Below, in pieces: positions 16,702 through 28,247 of a DNA stretch of 64,000 nt. Position numbers and translations under genes: made by a program. The stretch's first letter is position 1. Each line of letters opens with the position of its first letter. The notes beneath the pieces were generated by a model. It had not been told where the DNA came from and did not search any database. It was given only the letters and a program-made list of their open reading frames with translations. The DNA is from an uncultured Clostridia bacterium (GTDB taxonomy: Bacteria; Bacillota; Clostridia; Christensenellales; Borkfalkiaceae), in the NCBI GenBank assembly GCA_964447305.1, contig CAYURN010000007.1, positions 15,423 through 79,422 of the forward strand, written 5' to 3'.

Positions 16702-17426
16702 TTTGTAAGAGCTTCCTTCAATTTGCCTATGATTTTACGCTCCGCACGCGACACGAACATCTGGCTGACGCCGAGTATTTTGCCCGTTTCGGCCTGGGAC
16801 TTGCCCTGAACGAAACGCAGGTCGATGACGCGCTGTTCGGTGGGATCGAGTTTTTTTATTTCCGTGCGCAGGGCGTCGGCGTCCTCGAACCTTTCAAACG
16901 ACGAAGAGTCGTCGGCGATCACCTCGTACAGGGGGATATCCGATTCGCCGCCCTTGACGGGGGCGTCGAGCGACACGGGGGTCTTGCTTTCCATTGCTTC
17001 GATTATGGATTCCTCGTCCTCGCCCAGAATTTCCGAAAGCTGTTTAACCGTGGGTTTGACGCCGTGTTCCTTATAGTAGTCGTTAATGGCAGACTTGACG
17101 CGGGCGGACAGGGCGTAAATTTTTCTGGGCAGACGGATCGAGCGGGAATAATCGCGGAAATAGTTGCGGATTATGCCCGTTATGGTGGGAGTTATGTATG
17201 TGGTGAACTGATTGCCGAGGTCGGGATCGAATTTTTCGACGCCTGAAATGAGCGCTTCGGACGCGACCTGCAACAGGTCGTCGTACTCCACACCCCTGCC
17301 CGCAAATTTTTTTGCGAGAATTTCTGCCACATACATGTAGTTTTCTACCAGCTCGTTGCGTATTTTTATGTCGCCCGTGCGGCGGTATTCACGAAACAGC
17401 CCGGCTGCCTTTTCGTTAGATATCAT
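16698..17426 (-). CDS. RNA polymerase sigma factor, sigma-B/F/G subfamily
   Basis: 242 aa. Region 2 is DDLLQVASEALISGVEKFDP...FTTYITPTITGIIRNYFRD and region 4 HTH is SQAETGKILGVSQMFVSRAERKI. It lies downstream of a STAS gene. Confidence 0.85.
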   Translation of the reverse strand: MISNEKAAGLFREYRRTGDIKIRNELVENYMYVAEILAKKFAGRGVEYDDLLQVASEALISGVEKFDPDLGNQFTTYITPTITGIIRNYFRDYSRSIRLPRKIYALSARVKSAINDYYKEHGVKPTVKQLSEILGEDEESIIEAMESKTPVSLDAPVKGGESDIPLYEVIADDSSSFERFEDADALRTEIKKLDPTEQRVIDLRFVQGKSQAETGKILGVSQMFVSRAERKIIGKLKEALTK

Positions 17427-17776
17427 ACCTTTAAAACGACTTTTGTGACGGCTTTGTCGTCCCTTTCGATTTTACAGGATGAAACGAGAGCCGAGATGAG
17501 CGCAAGTGAAAATTCGTTTTCGCCCGCGCCGAGTATGCCGGCGTCGGTACCGGTTATTTCGGCGCTTACGCCGTCGGATGTGTTGAGAACAATTTCGGCG
17601 CTGCCGAAACCGCAGTTTTTTAAGATAAGGCAGCTTTCGGTGACGCTGACTTTAAAATCTTCCGTTGCGTCGATATCCAGATCAGCCGCAGCGCACACCC
17701 CTCCCACGGCAAGGCGCAGGGCGGTGAAGTATTTACTGTCCGAAAGGCTGAACATCAATTTGAAATCTTTCATCAT
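17423..17776 (-). CDS. degenerate SpoIIAB-like protein (117 aa) in the anti-sigma position
   Basis: Colinear by eye with the SpoIIAB N-terminal two thirds (LMFSLSDSKYFTALRLAVGGV...ATEDFKVSVTESCLILKNCGF). The N-box Asn/His and the G boxes are missing. It overlaps both neighbouring genes by 4 nt. Confidence 0.4.
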   Translation of the reverse strand: MMKDFKLMFSLSDSKYFTALRLAVGGVCAAADLDIDATEDFKVSVTESCLILKNCGFGSAEIVLNTSDGVSAEITGTDAGILGAGENEFSLALISALVSSCKIERDDKAVTKVVLKV

Positions 17777-18087
17777 TCAAACTCCATAAGTCTGTCTATT
17801 GCGCATATTTCAAACAGTTTTTTCTGGCGGGGTTTCATGTTCCTGATTATCAGTTTGTTGCCGTCCGCCACGACGAGCTTGTAAAGCTTGACTATGGCGC
17901 CGATGGCAGTGCTGTCGATATAGTCGAGCTGCTCGCAGTCCAGAACGACATCGCCCTTGGCCGCGTTGTAGGCCGTGCTGACAATGCTGTAGAAGTCGTC
18001 CGCGCTGTAGATGTCTATGTCGCTGCTGAGCGCAGCAACTACGGGAGCGCCGCTCGATACGATAGTTATATTGTTGTTTGTCATCAT
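17773..18087 (-). CDS. STAS-domain anti-sigma factor antagonist (SpoIIAA/RsbV-like, 104 aa)
   Basis: Conserved DYIDSTAIG segment carrying the phosphorylatable Ser position. Start set at ATG 18087 after the CGGAG RBS. The ORF-track N-terminal extension has no RBS. Confidence 0.8.
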   Translation of the reverse strand: MMTNNNITIVSSGAPVVAALSSDIDIYSADDFYSIVSTAYNAAKGDVVLDCEQLDYIDSTAIGAIVKLYKLVVADGNKLIIRNMKPRQKKLFEICAIDRLMEFE

Positions 18088-18145
18088 TAAAACTCCGTTA
18101 CTTGCTTTAAGATATATATAAACACTTTTACCGTGCCGCAAAACC

Positions 18146-18174
18146 ATTTTAGCACAACTTTTACGGCCTTGCAA
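18146..18174 (-). promoter_or_regulatory. promoter TTGCAA-17-TAAAAT for the STAS-sigma operon
   Basis: On the minus strand, TTGCAA at 18169-18174, a 17-nt spacer ending in TGC, and TAAAAT at 18146-18151. Confidence 0.5.
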
Positions 18175-18250
18175 CTGCTATTTATTTAATGAAGGCGCGG
18201 GCGGGTGATTTTTTTGATTTTATTGACATTTGCGGAGAAAATTTTTTTAT

Positions 18251-18279
18251 TTGACAAGAACATGAAATTATGGTATAAT
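18251..18279 (+). promoter_or_regulatory. consensus promoter TTGACA-17-TATAAT upstream of citrate synthase
   Basis: TTGACA at 18251-18256 and TATAAT at 18274-18279, with a TGG just upstream of the -10 box. Confidence 0.6.
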
Positions 18280-18359
18280 TATCCAAATATACATTATGTG
18301 CTTTTAGGCGTTGTCGCAGTTGACGCGCTGATAAAAAATATTAACGGAAGTGATTTGAT

Positions 18360-19730
18360 TTGGATTTTAATGCAGCTAATTTGATTGTAAAGTATTCACA
18401 CCTGATTTCGGAGCTGGCGAAGATAGAAAAAGCCGACAAAATTGCTCCCGAGCTGTACGAACAGTATGACGTGAAGAGAGGCCTGCGCGACAAGAACGGC
18501 AAGGGCGTTTTGTGCGGACTGACGGAGATATCGGAAGTCAGCAGCTGGGCTGTTGAAGGGGGCGAAAAGAAGCCCATCCCCGGCGAATTGTATTACAGGG
18601 GATATAATATTAGAGATTTGATATCAAACTGCGTGAGAGAAAACAGATTCGGTTTTGAAGAAACAGTGTATCTGTTGCTGTTCGGCAAACTGCCCGACGA
18701 AGAGAGTTTGAAATCTTTCAGCGAGATGCTGACGGAGTTCATGGTGCTGCCGCGCAATTTTGTGCGCGACGTTATCATGAAAAACCCTTCAAGCGACATA
18801 ATGAACATGCTTGCAAGGTGTGTGCTTTCGCTGTACAGCTATGACCCCGACCCCGACAATATAATGATTTCTAATGTACTGAGGCAGAGTCTGCAACTGA
18901 TAGCGCAGTTCCCCATGCTGGCGGCATACTCTTTCCGCGCGTACAAATACTATGACGTCAGCGACGCTTCGCTTATAATTCACAAGCCTCAGCCCGAATA
19001 CTCGATGGCGCAGAACCTTTTGCATATTCTGCGCAAGGATAACCACTTTTCTGACCTTGAAGCAAAAGTTCTGGATATATGCCTGACGTTGCACGCCGAC
19101 CACGGCGGCGGTAACAACTCGACATTTACGACGCACGTTGTTACGTCTTCCGGCACGGATACATACTCTTCCACCGTTGCTTCGCTCGGCTCGCTGAAAG
19201 GACCCAAGCACGGCGGCGCGAACATAAAAGTAAAGCAAATGTTCAACAACATTAAGGAAAATATTCCCGATTGGAAAGAGAGTACCGTGCGCGACTATAT
19301 GAATAAGATTCTCGCCAAAAAGGCGTTTGACCGCAGCGGACTTATCTACGGCGTGGGTCATGCCGTTTACACCATTTCCGATCCGAGGGCGGAGGTTTTA
19401 AAACTGTACGCAGGCAAACTTGCCGCCGAAAAGGGGCTTGAGGAAGAGTTTGAACTGTATAACACCGTGGCGAAAGTAGCGTCCGAGCTGATAAGCGAAC
19501 AGCGGCACACGGATAAGCCCGTAAACCCCAACGTAGACTTCTATTCGGGATTTGTATATTCCATGCTCAACATACCCGACGCGCTGTACACACCGCTCTT
19601 TGCCATAGCGAGGATCGGGGGTTGGTCGGCACATCGCATAGAGGAGCTGGTAAACGGCAACAAGATTATACGACCGGCTTATCAGTGCGTACAGCCCAGG
19701 CGCGAATATGTTAAACTGACTGACAGATGA
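18360..19730 (+). CDS. citrate synthase
   Basis: 456 aa starting at TTG. Family motifs HADHGGGNNSTF and GVGHAVY are present, and the C-terminal region is typical of citrate/2-methylcitrate synthases. Confidence 0.85.
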   Translation: MDFNAANLIVKYSHLISELAKIEKADKIAPELYEQYDVKRGLRDKNGKGVLCGLTEISEVSSWAVEGGEKKPIPGELYYRGYNIRDLISNCVRENRFGFEETVYLLLFGKLPDEESLKSFSEMLTEFMVLPRNFVRDVIMKNPSSDIMNMLARCVLSLYSYDPDPDNIMISNVLRQSLQLIAQFPMLAAYSFRAYKYYDVSDASLIIHKPQPEYSMAQNLLHILRKDNHFSDLEAKVLDICLTLHADHGGGNNSTFTTHVVTSSGTDTYSSTVASLGSLKGPKHGGANIKVKQMFNNIKENIPDWKESTVRDYMNKILAKKAFDRSGLIYGVGHAVYTISDPRAEVLKLYAGKLAAEKGLEEEFELYNTVAKVASELISEQRHTDKPVNPNVDFYSGFVYSMLNIPDALYTPLFAIARIGGWSAHRIEELVNGNKIIRPAYQCVQPRREYVKLTDR

Positions 19731-19770
19731 CGCCGCGCAACAGATTATTGTAAACGAACGGCAAAAGCCG

Positions 19771-19810
19771 AGGAGCCGCATTGCAGATTGCAATCTGCAA
19801 TGCGGCTCCT
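19771..19810. terminator. long hairpin between convergent genes
   Basis: AGGAGCCGCATTGCAGATTG / CAATCTGCAATGCGGCTCCT, a near-perfect 40-nt palindrome. Confidence 0.7.
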
Positions 19811-19830
19811 TAAATTTCTGCGACAGGAGG

Positions 19831-20634
19831 CTACTGCTCATCCGGAAAGTCGGGAGCGAGCGAACTTTTAAAACGCCGCTTTATGCCGCCATATTCAAAC
19901 GCAAGCTCATAAGCACATAACTGCTGCCGCTTTATGCCGTATTTTTTATTCAGAACTTCATCGCCGTACTTTTCGTCGCCGAGGACAGGACAGCCGATAT
20001 GAGCCATGTGAGCGCGTATCTGATGGGTTTTGCCCGTATGCAGGGTGACATTGACCTTTGCAAGGCCGCCCCGCCTTTCGATTACTTTATACTCCGTGCG
20101 GATGGGCGCGCAGCCCTTTGCGGGGACGTCCGATATTCTGACGACGCCGCGAACTTCGTCCTTGGCTAGGTACGCCGTCATATCGGCGGAGTCGGCGCGG
20201 AAATTGTCCCTGCATATACACACATATCGCTTGGTCACGCGCCGTTCCCTGAAAAGCGTTTCGAGGGCTTGGGCAGTGCGGTCGTCGGCGGCGAACAATA
20301 TCGCGCCACAGGTGTTCCTGTCCAGACGATGAACGGGAATGAGTCCTGTTTCAGAAGCCAGCGCCTCGGTGGAAACGCCGCTGAACTTATCGGCGACGTA
20401 GATAAATTCGTCCGCATATATGGTTGAATGACTGGGTTTTGACTCCATTTTCTGCGTTGTATAATATGTCACCTCGTCGCCCGCGTTCAGGGCGGTATTG
20501 GAGCGAACCTTTGTCCCGTTCACGCGGATGTCGCCCGAACGCAACAGGGCAGAATAATAAAAACTGCCCTGGGGATAGACGGCGTCGGTAAAATCTTTGA
20601 GGTTTGAGGACTGTTTGACGATAAATTTTTTCAT
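19831..20634 (-). CDS. RluA family pseudouridine synthase with N-terminal S4-like domain (267 aa)
   Basis: Catalytic motif HRLDRNTCG and S4-like segment LLRSGDIRVNGTKV. True start is the ATG at 20632-20634 (MKKFIVKQ), which overlaps the feoB stop (ATGA). The 356-aa ORF-track version runs into feoB. Confidence 0.8.
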   Translation of the reverse strand: MKKFIVKQSSNLKDFTDAVYPQGSFYYSALLRSGDIRVNGTKVRSNTALNAGDEVTYYTTQKMESKPSHSTIYADEFIYVADKFSGVSTEALASETGLIPVHRLDRNTCGAILFAADDRTAQALETLFRERRVTKRYVCICRDNFRADSADMTAYLAKDEVRGVVRISDVPAKGCAPIRTEYKVIERRGGLAKVNVTLHTGKTHQIRAHMAHIGCPVLGDEKYGDEVLNKKYGIKRQQLCAYELAFEYGGIKRRFKSSLAPDFPDEQ

Positions 20635-22271
20635 GACAGTGAGAACATAAATTTGGTTATATAAGCCAACAGAAAGGCGAGCGCCAGCTGGGCGACATTG
20701 ACGAGCAAAGTGCGCTTCCAACCGATTTCGCGGCAGGACGAGGCATAGGCCGATATGCAGGCGGGGCATGTGAGCACAAACACACAGCAGGCCGCGGCGG
20801 TGGACAGCGGCAGAGCAAGTTCGCCGATAAGCATGGAAATTGTAGCCGCAACGTTTTCCTTTGCGGCAAAGCCCGTGATAAAGGCATACGCCAACCGCCA
20901 ATCACTTACGCCCATGGGTTCGAACAGCGGCAATATGGCGCGGCATATATGCGAGAGAATGCTCTCCTCCACCTCGCACAGGCGCAGGTCGGCGCCAAGG
21001 TGCGACAACAGCCAGCCCGCCATGCAGAAGACCGCCACCGTGGTGGTCACCTTTATTATAAACGATGCGAGCTGAAAAAACAACTTGTTTTTTACCGAAG
21101 CAATCGAAGGGAAAGTTATGGGCGCGATTTCGGTTATGAGCCCCTCGCCGTCACCGCGCTGAACAAAGGACAGCGCGACAGCCATGGCTATGCCCGAAAA
21201 ATATAGCAGGCACACGGCGGGAAACGGGTTGGCGAACAGCGGAGAAAGAAAGGTTAAAAAGACGGGGAGCTTTGCGCCGCAGGGTATGTACGGCAGAATG
21301 GCTATGGTGCGGGCGCGGGCGGTACGGGTGGTAAAACCGCGCGTGGTGCTGATGGCGGCGGCTGTGCATCCGAAGCCTGATATGAGCGAAAAGGCCGCCC
21401 GACCCGAAAGGCGCACTTTGGCGAACAGTCCGTCCGTGACAAAACAGAGCGCGCTCATGGCACCGCTTTCATCAAGCAAAATAAGAGCCAGCCACAGCAT
21501 GGCAAGCTGGGGCGCAAAGGAGAGTACGCCGCCCACGCCGCCGAGCAGACCTTCACAGAAGAACGAGCGGAGCATGTCGTCGGAAATATCGGAGGACAAC
21601 AGTCCCGCCAGCTTTACGGCGACAAGCTCCTCCACCCACGCCTTTAAAAGGGCGCCGGGCATGGCGGGATGGAAGGTCATAAAGAAAGTAAAAACCATGA
21701 CCGCGGCAAAGATAAGCGGAGCCAGAAGTTTACTGCAAAAGGGTCTTTCGAGCCTGCGGATAGCGCAATTGCCCGCATAATATGCCCTGTCTAACGAGGT
21801 CTGACCGCGCTCGGCGAGGCGCAGCAGGCCGCCAGAAAGGGCGAGCTTTTTTAACTGCCTGACAGGGCAGTCGTAGACGGGCAGGCCGAGGAACTTTTCA
21901 AGTTCGGCAGCGTCTACACGGCCGCCGCGCGCGGCTAAAGCTTTAGTCTTTGTGAGGTAGACGACGACATTTTTGTTGAGCGAGGCGAGTTTATGCGTGA
22001 GGCGCAGGGAATTTTCCAAAGTAAGGCTGTCGACGACGTTTATAATCGCGTCGGCGGAGCGTATGCTTTCGGCCGCCTCCCCCTCCTCCATGGTATAGGC
22101 TTCAAATGAGTACAGGCCTGGACTGTCGGTAAAGGTGATTTTACCGACCGACTTTGAAGAGGAAACTGTGGTTACGCCGTGGAAGTTGCCCGTTCTGAGG
22201 CGGCTGTGCGTGAGGCGGTTGAACAGAGTGGTCTTGCCCGCATTGGGGTTGCCTGCGAGAACTATTTGCAA
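20631..22271 (-). CDS. feoB: ferrous iron transporter FeoB (short, 546 aa)
   Basis: N-terminal G domain (GNPNAGKTTLFN, GVTT, DSPG) followed by a polytopic membrane domain. The G4 position reads LTKTK rather than NxxD. Confidence 0.85.
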   Translation of the reverse strand: MQIVLAGNPNAGKTTLFNRLTHSRLRTGNFHGVTTVSSSKSVGKITFTDSPGLYSFEAYTMEEGEAAESIRSADAIINVVDSLTLENSLRLTHKLASLNKNVVVYLTKTKALAARGGRVDAAELEKFLGLPVYDCPVRQLKKLALSGGLLRLAERGQTSLDRAYYAGNCAIRRLERPFCSKLLAPLIFAAVMVFTFFMTFHPAMPGALLKAWVEELVAVKLAGLLSSDISDDMLRSFFCEGLLGGVGGVLSFAPQLAMLWLALILLDESGAMSALCFVTDGLFAKVRLSGRAAFSLISGFGCTAAAISTTRGFTTRTARARTIAILPYIPCGAKLPVFLTFLSPLFANPFPAVCLLYFSGIAMAVALSFVQRGDGEGLITEIAPITFPSIASVKNKLFFQLASFIIKVTTTVAVFCMAGWLLSHLGADLRLCEVEESILSHICRAILPLFEPMGVSDWRLAYAFITGFAAKENVAATISMLIGELALPLSTAAACCVFVLTCPACISAYASSCREIGWKRTLLVNVAQLALAFLLAYITKFMFSLS

Positions 22272-22489
22272 AGCTCCACCTCCACGCCCTGCGCCGCGGC
22301 GCGGCGCAGGGCGACGCGCGAAGCGCCTACACCCACTAATATGCTTGAATTAAACAGACTGAACGCGAGTACGGTGACCCGCTGCCCGCACGAAAAGCCG
22401 AGGGCGTGCAGGCGGGCGGCCGCCGCGCCGCAGACGGATATTTTTGTGATTGTGCCGCTTTCCCCTACCTTTAAGTCAAAGACGCTCAT
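22262..22489 (-). CDS. feoA: FeoA family protein
   Basis: 75 aa SH3-like protein (LKVGESGTITKI...) overlapping the feoB start. Confidence 0.8.
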   Translation of the reverse strand: MSVFDLKVGESGTITKISVCGAAAARLHALGFSCGQRVTVLAFSLFNSSILVGVGASRVALRRAAAQGVEVELCK

Positions 22490-22519
22490 AGTATAACCTA
22501 TGAGCGTCTTTGAAAGTTT

Positions 22520-22542
22520 ATGCCCGGCCGCAGGCCGGGCAT
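22520..22542 (-). terminator. hairpin after atpC
   Basis: Stem ATGCCCGGC / GCCGGGCAT with a 5-nt loop, 24 nt beyond the atpC stop. The U-tract is weak. Confidence 0.5.
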
Positions 22543-22565
22543 TCAGACAAAGTAAACAAGCCGCC

Positions 22566-22970
22566 TTAACCCTTGTAGCGCACTTTTAACTTGGCGAGCG
22601 CGCGGGCAAGCTGAGCCTGGGCGGAACGGTGTTCCTGACGGCTGCGCTTTTGAAGCAGAATTTCCCTTGCGGCGGCCTCCTCCTCGCGGGCGCGGTCGGC
22701 GTCGATTTCCTCCGGACGGAGAACATAGTCGACGAGAATGAGGACGTCGTTATCCTCCACCTTCATTATCCCGCCTGCAACGGCGACGGTGACTGACTGT
22801 TCGTCGGGAGGGGTAAAAGTCAATTCTCCCGGGACAATTGCCGTTATGATATTTGAATGTTCGGCGAGAACGCCGTACTGCCCGTCGACAGCGGGTACGA
22901 TGACGCTTACGCAATCGCCTTCGTAGAAGAGCCTGTCTGCACCCAGCAGGTGCAAAGTGAAATTTTTCAT
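22566..22970 (-). CDS. atpC: F1 ATP synthase epsilon subunit
   Basis: 134 aa with an N-terminal beta-sandwich and C-terminal helices, located directly after atpD. Confidence 0.9.
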   Translation of the reverse strand: MKNFTLHLLGADRLFYEGDCVSVIVPAVDGQYGVLAEHSNIITAIVPGELTFTPPDEQSVTVAVAGGIMKVEDNDVLILVDYVLRPEEIDADRAREEEAAAREILLQKRSRQEHRSAQAQLARALAKLKVRYKG

Positions 22971-23012
22971 AAAATACCTGTGTGCGCCCGCGGGAGGGCG
23001 GAAACGGAAAGT

Positions 23013-25294
<2,282 letters not shown>

Positions 25295-25311
25295 AAGCTG
25301 TTTGAGTGATC

Positions 25312-27090
25312 TTACTTATCCGATTTCAGGGCGTTGGACGCGGTATGTGCCGCAACGTATTGCCTTGTAAAATCTATTATCGTAGTCTTGAGTTCAGGGG
25401 AAACGGCAGCGCCCTTGCGTATTTCGCTGACGATTTCGGGATGCGCGTCGTCAAAGCTGTCCATAAGCTGCTCTGCCATGCCGGGTATGGCCTCCGGCGC
25501 GACGCCCGAAAAGGCGTGGCCGGTTGCGGCTATGAGCAGGAACACCTGCCTGTGTTCGGGCAGAGGACTGTACTGCGGCTGACGGAGGAGCATCATGAGG
25601 CTTCTGCCGTAGTCGAGCATCTTTTGAGTATTTTCATCGAGGTCGGAGGCAAACTGCATAAACACCTCCATCTCGCGGTACTGCGCAAGGTTGAGCCTGA
25701 CGGTACCCGCGGCCGATTTCATGGCCTTTGTCTGGGCGTCGCCGCCGACGCGGGATACCGAGATACCGACATTGACCGCGGGGCGCTGACCTGAATAGAA
25801 CAGATCGCTTGAAAGGAATATCTGCCCGTCGGTAATGGAAATTATGTTGGTGGGGATATATGCCGAGATGTCGCCCGCCTGAGTTTCGACTACGGGCAAG
25901 GCTGTCATACTGCCGCCGCCGCGCTCGTCGGAGAGGTGTGCGGCGCGTTCGAGAAGGCGCGAATGGAGATAGAATACGTCGCCGGGATAGGCTTCGCGGC
26001 CCGGTGATCTGCCCAACAGCAGGCTGAGCGAACGGTATGCGACGGCATGCTTTGAAAGGTCGTCATAGATGATGAGCACGTCCCTGCCGCTGTTCATGAA
26101 AAATTCGCCTATGGCGCAGCCCGAATAGGGGGCAATATATTGCAGCGAAGCCGCGTCGCCCGCCGTTGCGGACACGACGACGGTGTATTCCATGGCGCCG
26201 CGCCTTTTGAGATTTTCGACGAGGTGGGCAACCGAACTTGCCTTCTGGCCTATGGCCACATATATGCAGATGACGTTCTGACCCTTTTGGTTGAGAATGG
26301 TATCCGTAGCGATGGCCGTTTTGCCCGTCTGGCGGTCGCCGATAATCAGTTCACGCTGGCCGCGGCCGATGGGGAACATACTGTCGATAGAAAGTATGCC
26401 TGTTTTGAGCGGGGTATTGACGGGCTGGCGGTCTATTATGGAAGGTGCGGGCGATTCTATGGGCATATAGGCCTGAACATCTATGGGGCCGCCGCCGTCC
26501 ACGGGAGAGCCGAGGGCGTCGACTACCCTGCCGAGCATGCCTTTGCCGACAGGTACGCCGGCCGTTTTGCCGGTGCGGTAGACAGAAGTGCCTGACTCCA
26601 CCTCCCTGTCGTTGCCGAAGAGAATACAGCCGACGCGGTCGGGAGCAAGCTCCTGAACCATTCCGCGGAGACCGCACTCAAACTGGACTATTTCGCCGTA
26701 CTCTACCCTGTCGAGGCCGCTGACTTTGGCAATGCCGTCGCCGACGGAGAGAACTTTGCCCGCCTCGCGGGCGCCCGTGGGCATTGCCCAACTGTCTACC
26801 GTTTCGCGAAGGCTGTCTACGGCCTGGCGGAGCATTGTGGTTACGCCCGACGTGCTGTTTTTGATATCTTCCTTGAGTTTGTTTATGCGGCTCTGTGCCG
26901 ACCAATCGTACACGTTGTCGCCAAATTCAAGGCGGAAACCGCCGACTATGGCGGGGTCTTTGATAACTTCTATTTCAGGGCGGACGCCGTAAGTGCGTTC
27001 AAGAAATTTGCCGAAGCCTTCAAGCTGACGCTTGTCGGGGGGAGTAACGCAATACAGGCGGGCCACCGATTTTTTTGATTTAGCTGCCAA
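25312..27090 (-). CDS. atpA: F1 ATP synthase alpha subunit with an in-frame ~86-aa delta(OSCP)-like N-terminal extension
   Basis: 592 aa, compared with roughly 500 aa for a usual alpha. The alpha core begins near MLRQAVDSL...[16 protein letters not shown] and carries Walker A GDRQTGKT. The upstream 86 aa contain the delta C-terminal signature [28 protein letters not shown]. The start is a TTG at 27088-27090 preceded by AGAGGT. Confidence 0.85.
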   Translation of the reverse strand: MAAKSKKSVARLYCVTPPDKRQLEGFGKFLERTYGVRPEIEVIKDPAIVGGFRLEFGDNVYDWSAQSRINKLKEDIKNSTSGVTTMLRQAVDSLRETVDSWAMPTGAREAGKVLSVGDGIAKVSGLDRVEYGEIVQFECGLRGMVQELAPDRVGCILFGNDREVESGTSVYRTGKTAGVPVGKGMLGRVVDALGSPVDGGGPIDVQAYMPIESPAPSIIDRQPVNTPLKTGILSIDSMFPIGRGQRELIIGDRQTGKTAIATDTILNQKGQNVICIYVAIGQKASSVAHLVENLKRRGAMEYTVVVSATAGDAASLQYIAPYSGCAIGEFFMNSGRDVLIIYDDLSKHAVAYRSLSLLLGRSPGREAYPGDVFYLHSRLLERAAHLSDERGGGSMTALPVVETQAGDISAYIPTNIISITDGQIFLSSDLFYSGQRPAVNVGISVSRVGGDAQTKAMKSAAGTVRLNLAQYREMEVFMQFASDLDENTQKMLDYGRSLMMLLRQPQYSPLPEHRQVFLLIAATGHAFSGVAPEAIPGMAEQLMDSFDDAHPEIVSEIRKGAAVSPELKTTIIDFTRQYVAAHTASNALKSDK

Positions 27091-27772
27091 TGTTGTTTAC
27101 CTCTTTAAGGAACTCGTCGTAAATGGCCTTGTTTGAAACTTCACCTTTTTCTATTATGGCGCTCTCTGCTGCGCCGCCGATGACATCGGCCATTTCCGCC
27201 CTGTCAAGCACGGGTCTGGCGGCCTCGCGGCTGAGTTTTTCCGCAACAAAGCGCATAGCGGCGCGCGAACGTTCCGACACGCCCTCCTGCTTATCCGAAA
27301 GACTGAGATATGCGTCATAGAGCGCGCTGTCCGTACGGGCGTTGCTTTCCATGGCAAGCAGTTTTTCGGCCGAGCGGAGAATGAGCGTTACCATCTCGTC
27401 GCTTGCCTCTGCCATATATTGCGAACGTTCCAATTCGGCTTGATGGCGGCTGCTCACGATTATTTTACCGGCCTCTGACTCGGCGGCTGCAATGATACGC
27501 TTTTTGGTGTTTTCGGCCATGGCCGCGGCCTGCTTTTCGCGCTCGGCGAGTTCGGAATCGAGCATGGATATTTTTACCTGACGCTCCTTTTCCAGAACTT
27601 CGGTTTCGCCGACTGTGCGAGTGTAGTCGTCTGCGGCCTTTTTATACTTTTCGGCGCGGGCATCCATGAATTTTTTTACGGGTTTGAACAACAAAAACGT
27701 AAGGCCTGCCGCAAGTATTATAAAGTTGAAGAGATGCAGCAGTATCTGCTGCCAATCTATGTTAAGTGGCAT
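27080..27772 (-). CDS. atpF: Fo ATP synthase b subunit, elongated (230 aa)
   Basis: One N-terminal TM helix ([20 protein letters not shown]) is followed by a long charged helix. It is ~65 aa longer than a usual b subunit. Start chosen at the second ATG (27772) after GAGGA; the ORF track begins at 27784. Confidence 0.8.
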   Translation of the reverse strand: MPLNIDWQQILLHLFNFIILAAGLTFLLFKPVKKFMDARAEKYKKAADDYTRTVGETEVLEKERQVKISMLDSELAEREKQAAAMAENTKKRIIAAAESEAGKIIVSSRHQAELERSQYMAEASDEMVTLILRSAEKLLAMESNARTDSALYDAYLSLSDKQEGVSERSRAAMRFVAEKLSREAARPVLDRAEMADVIGGAAESAIIEKGEVSNKAIYDEFLKEVNNIGS

Positions 27773-27816
27773 AATATTCCTCATTGAACCGCGCTATACC
27801 GAGCGCGGCACGGATA

Positions 27817-28212
<396 letters not shown>

Positions 28213-28247
28213 TCAAATAAATATTTAATTGTTTTTAATTTATATTT

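Noticed and set aside
19831-20901. 356-aa version of the pseudouridine synthase ORF
   Set aside because: The extra 89 N-terminal aa overlap feoB in another frame and are Arg/Cys-rich. An ATG overlapping the feoB stop gives a normal S4-RluA protein.
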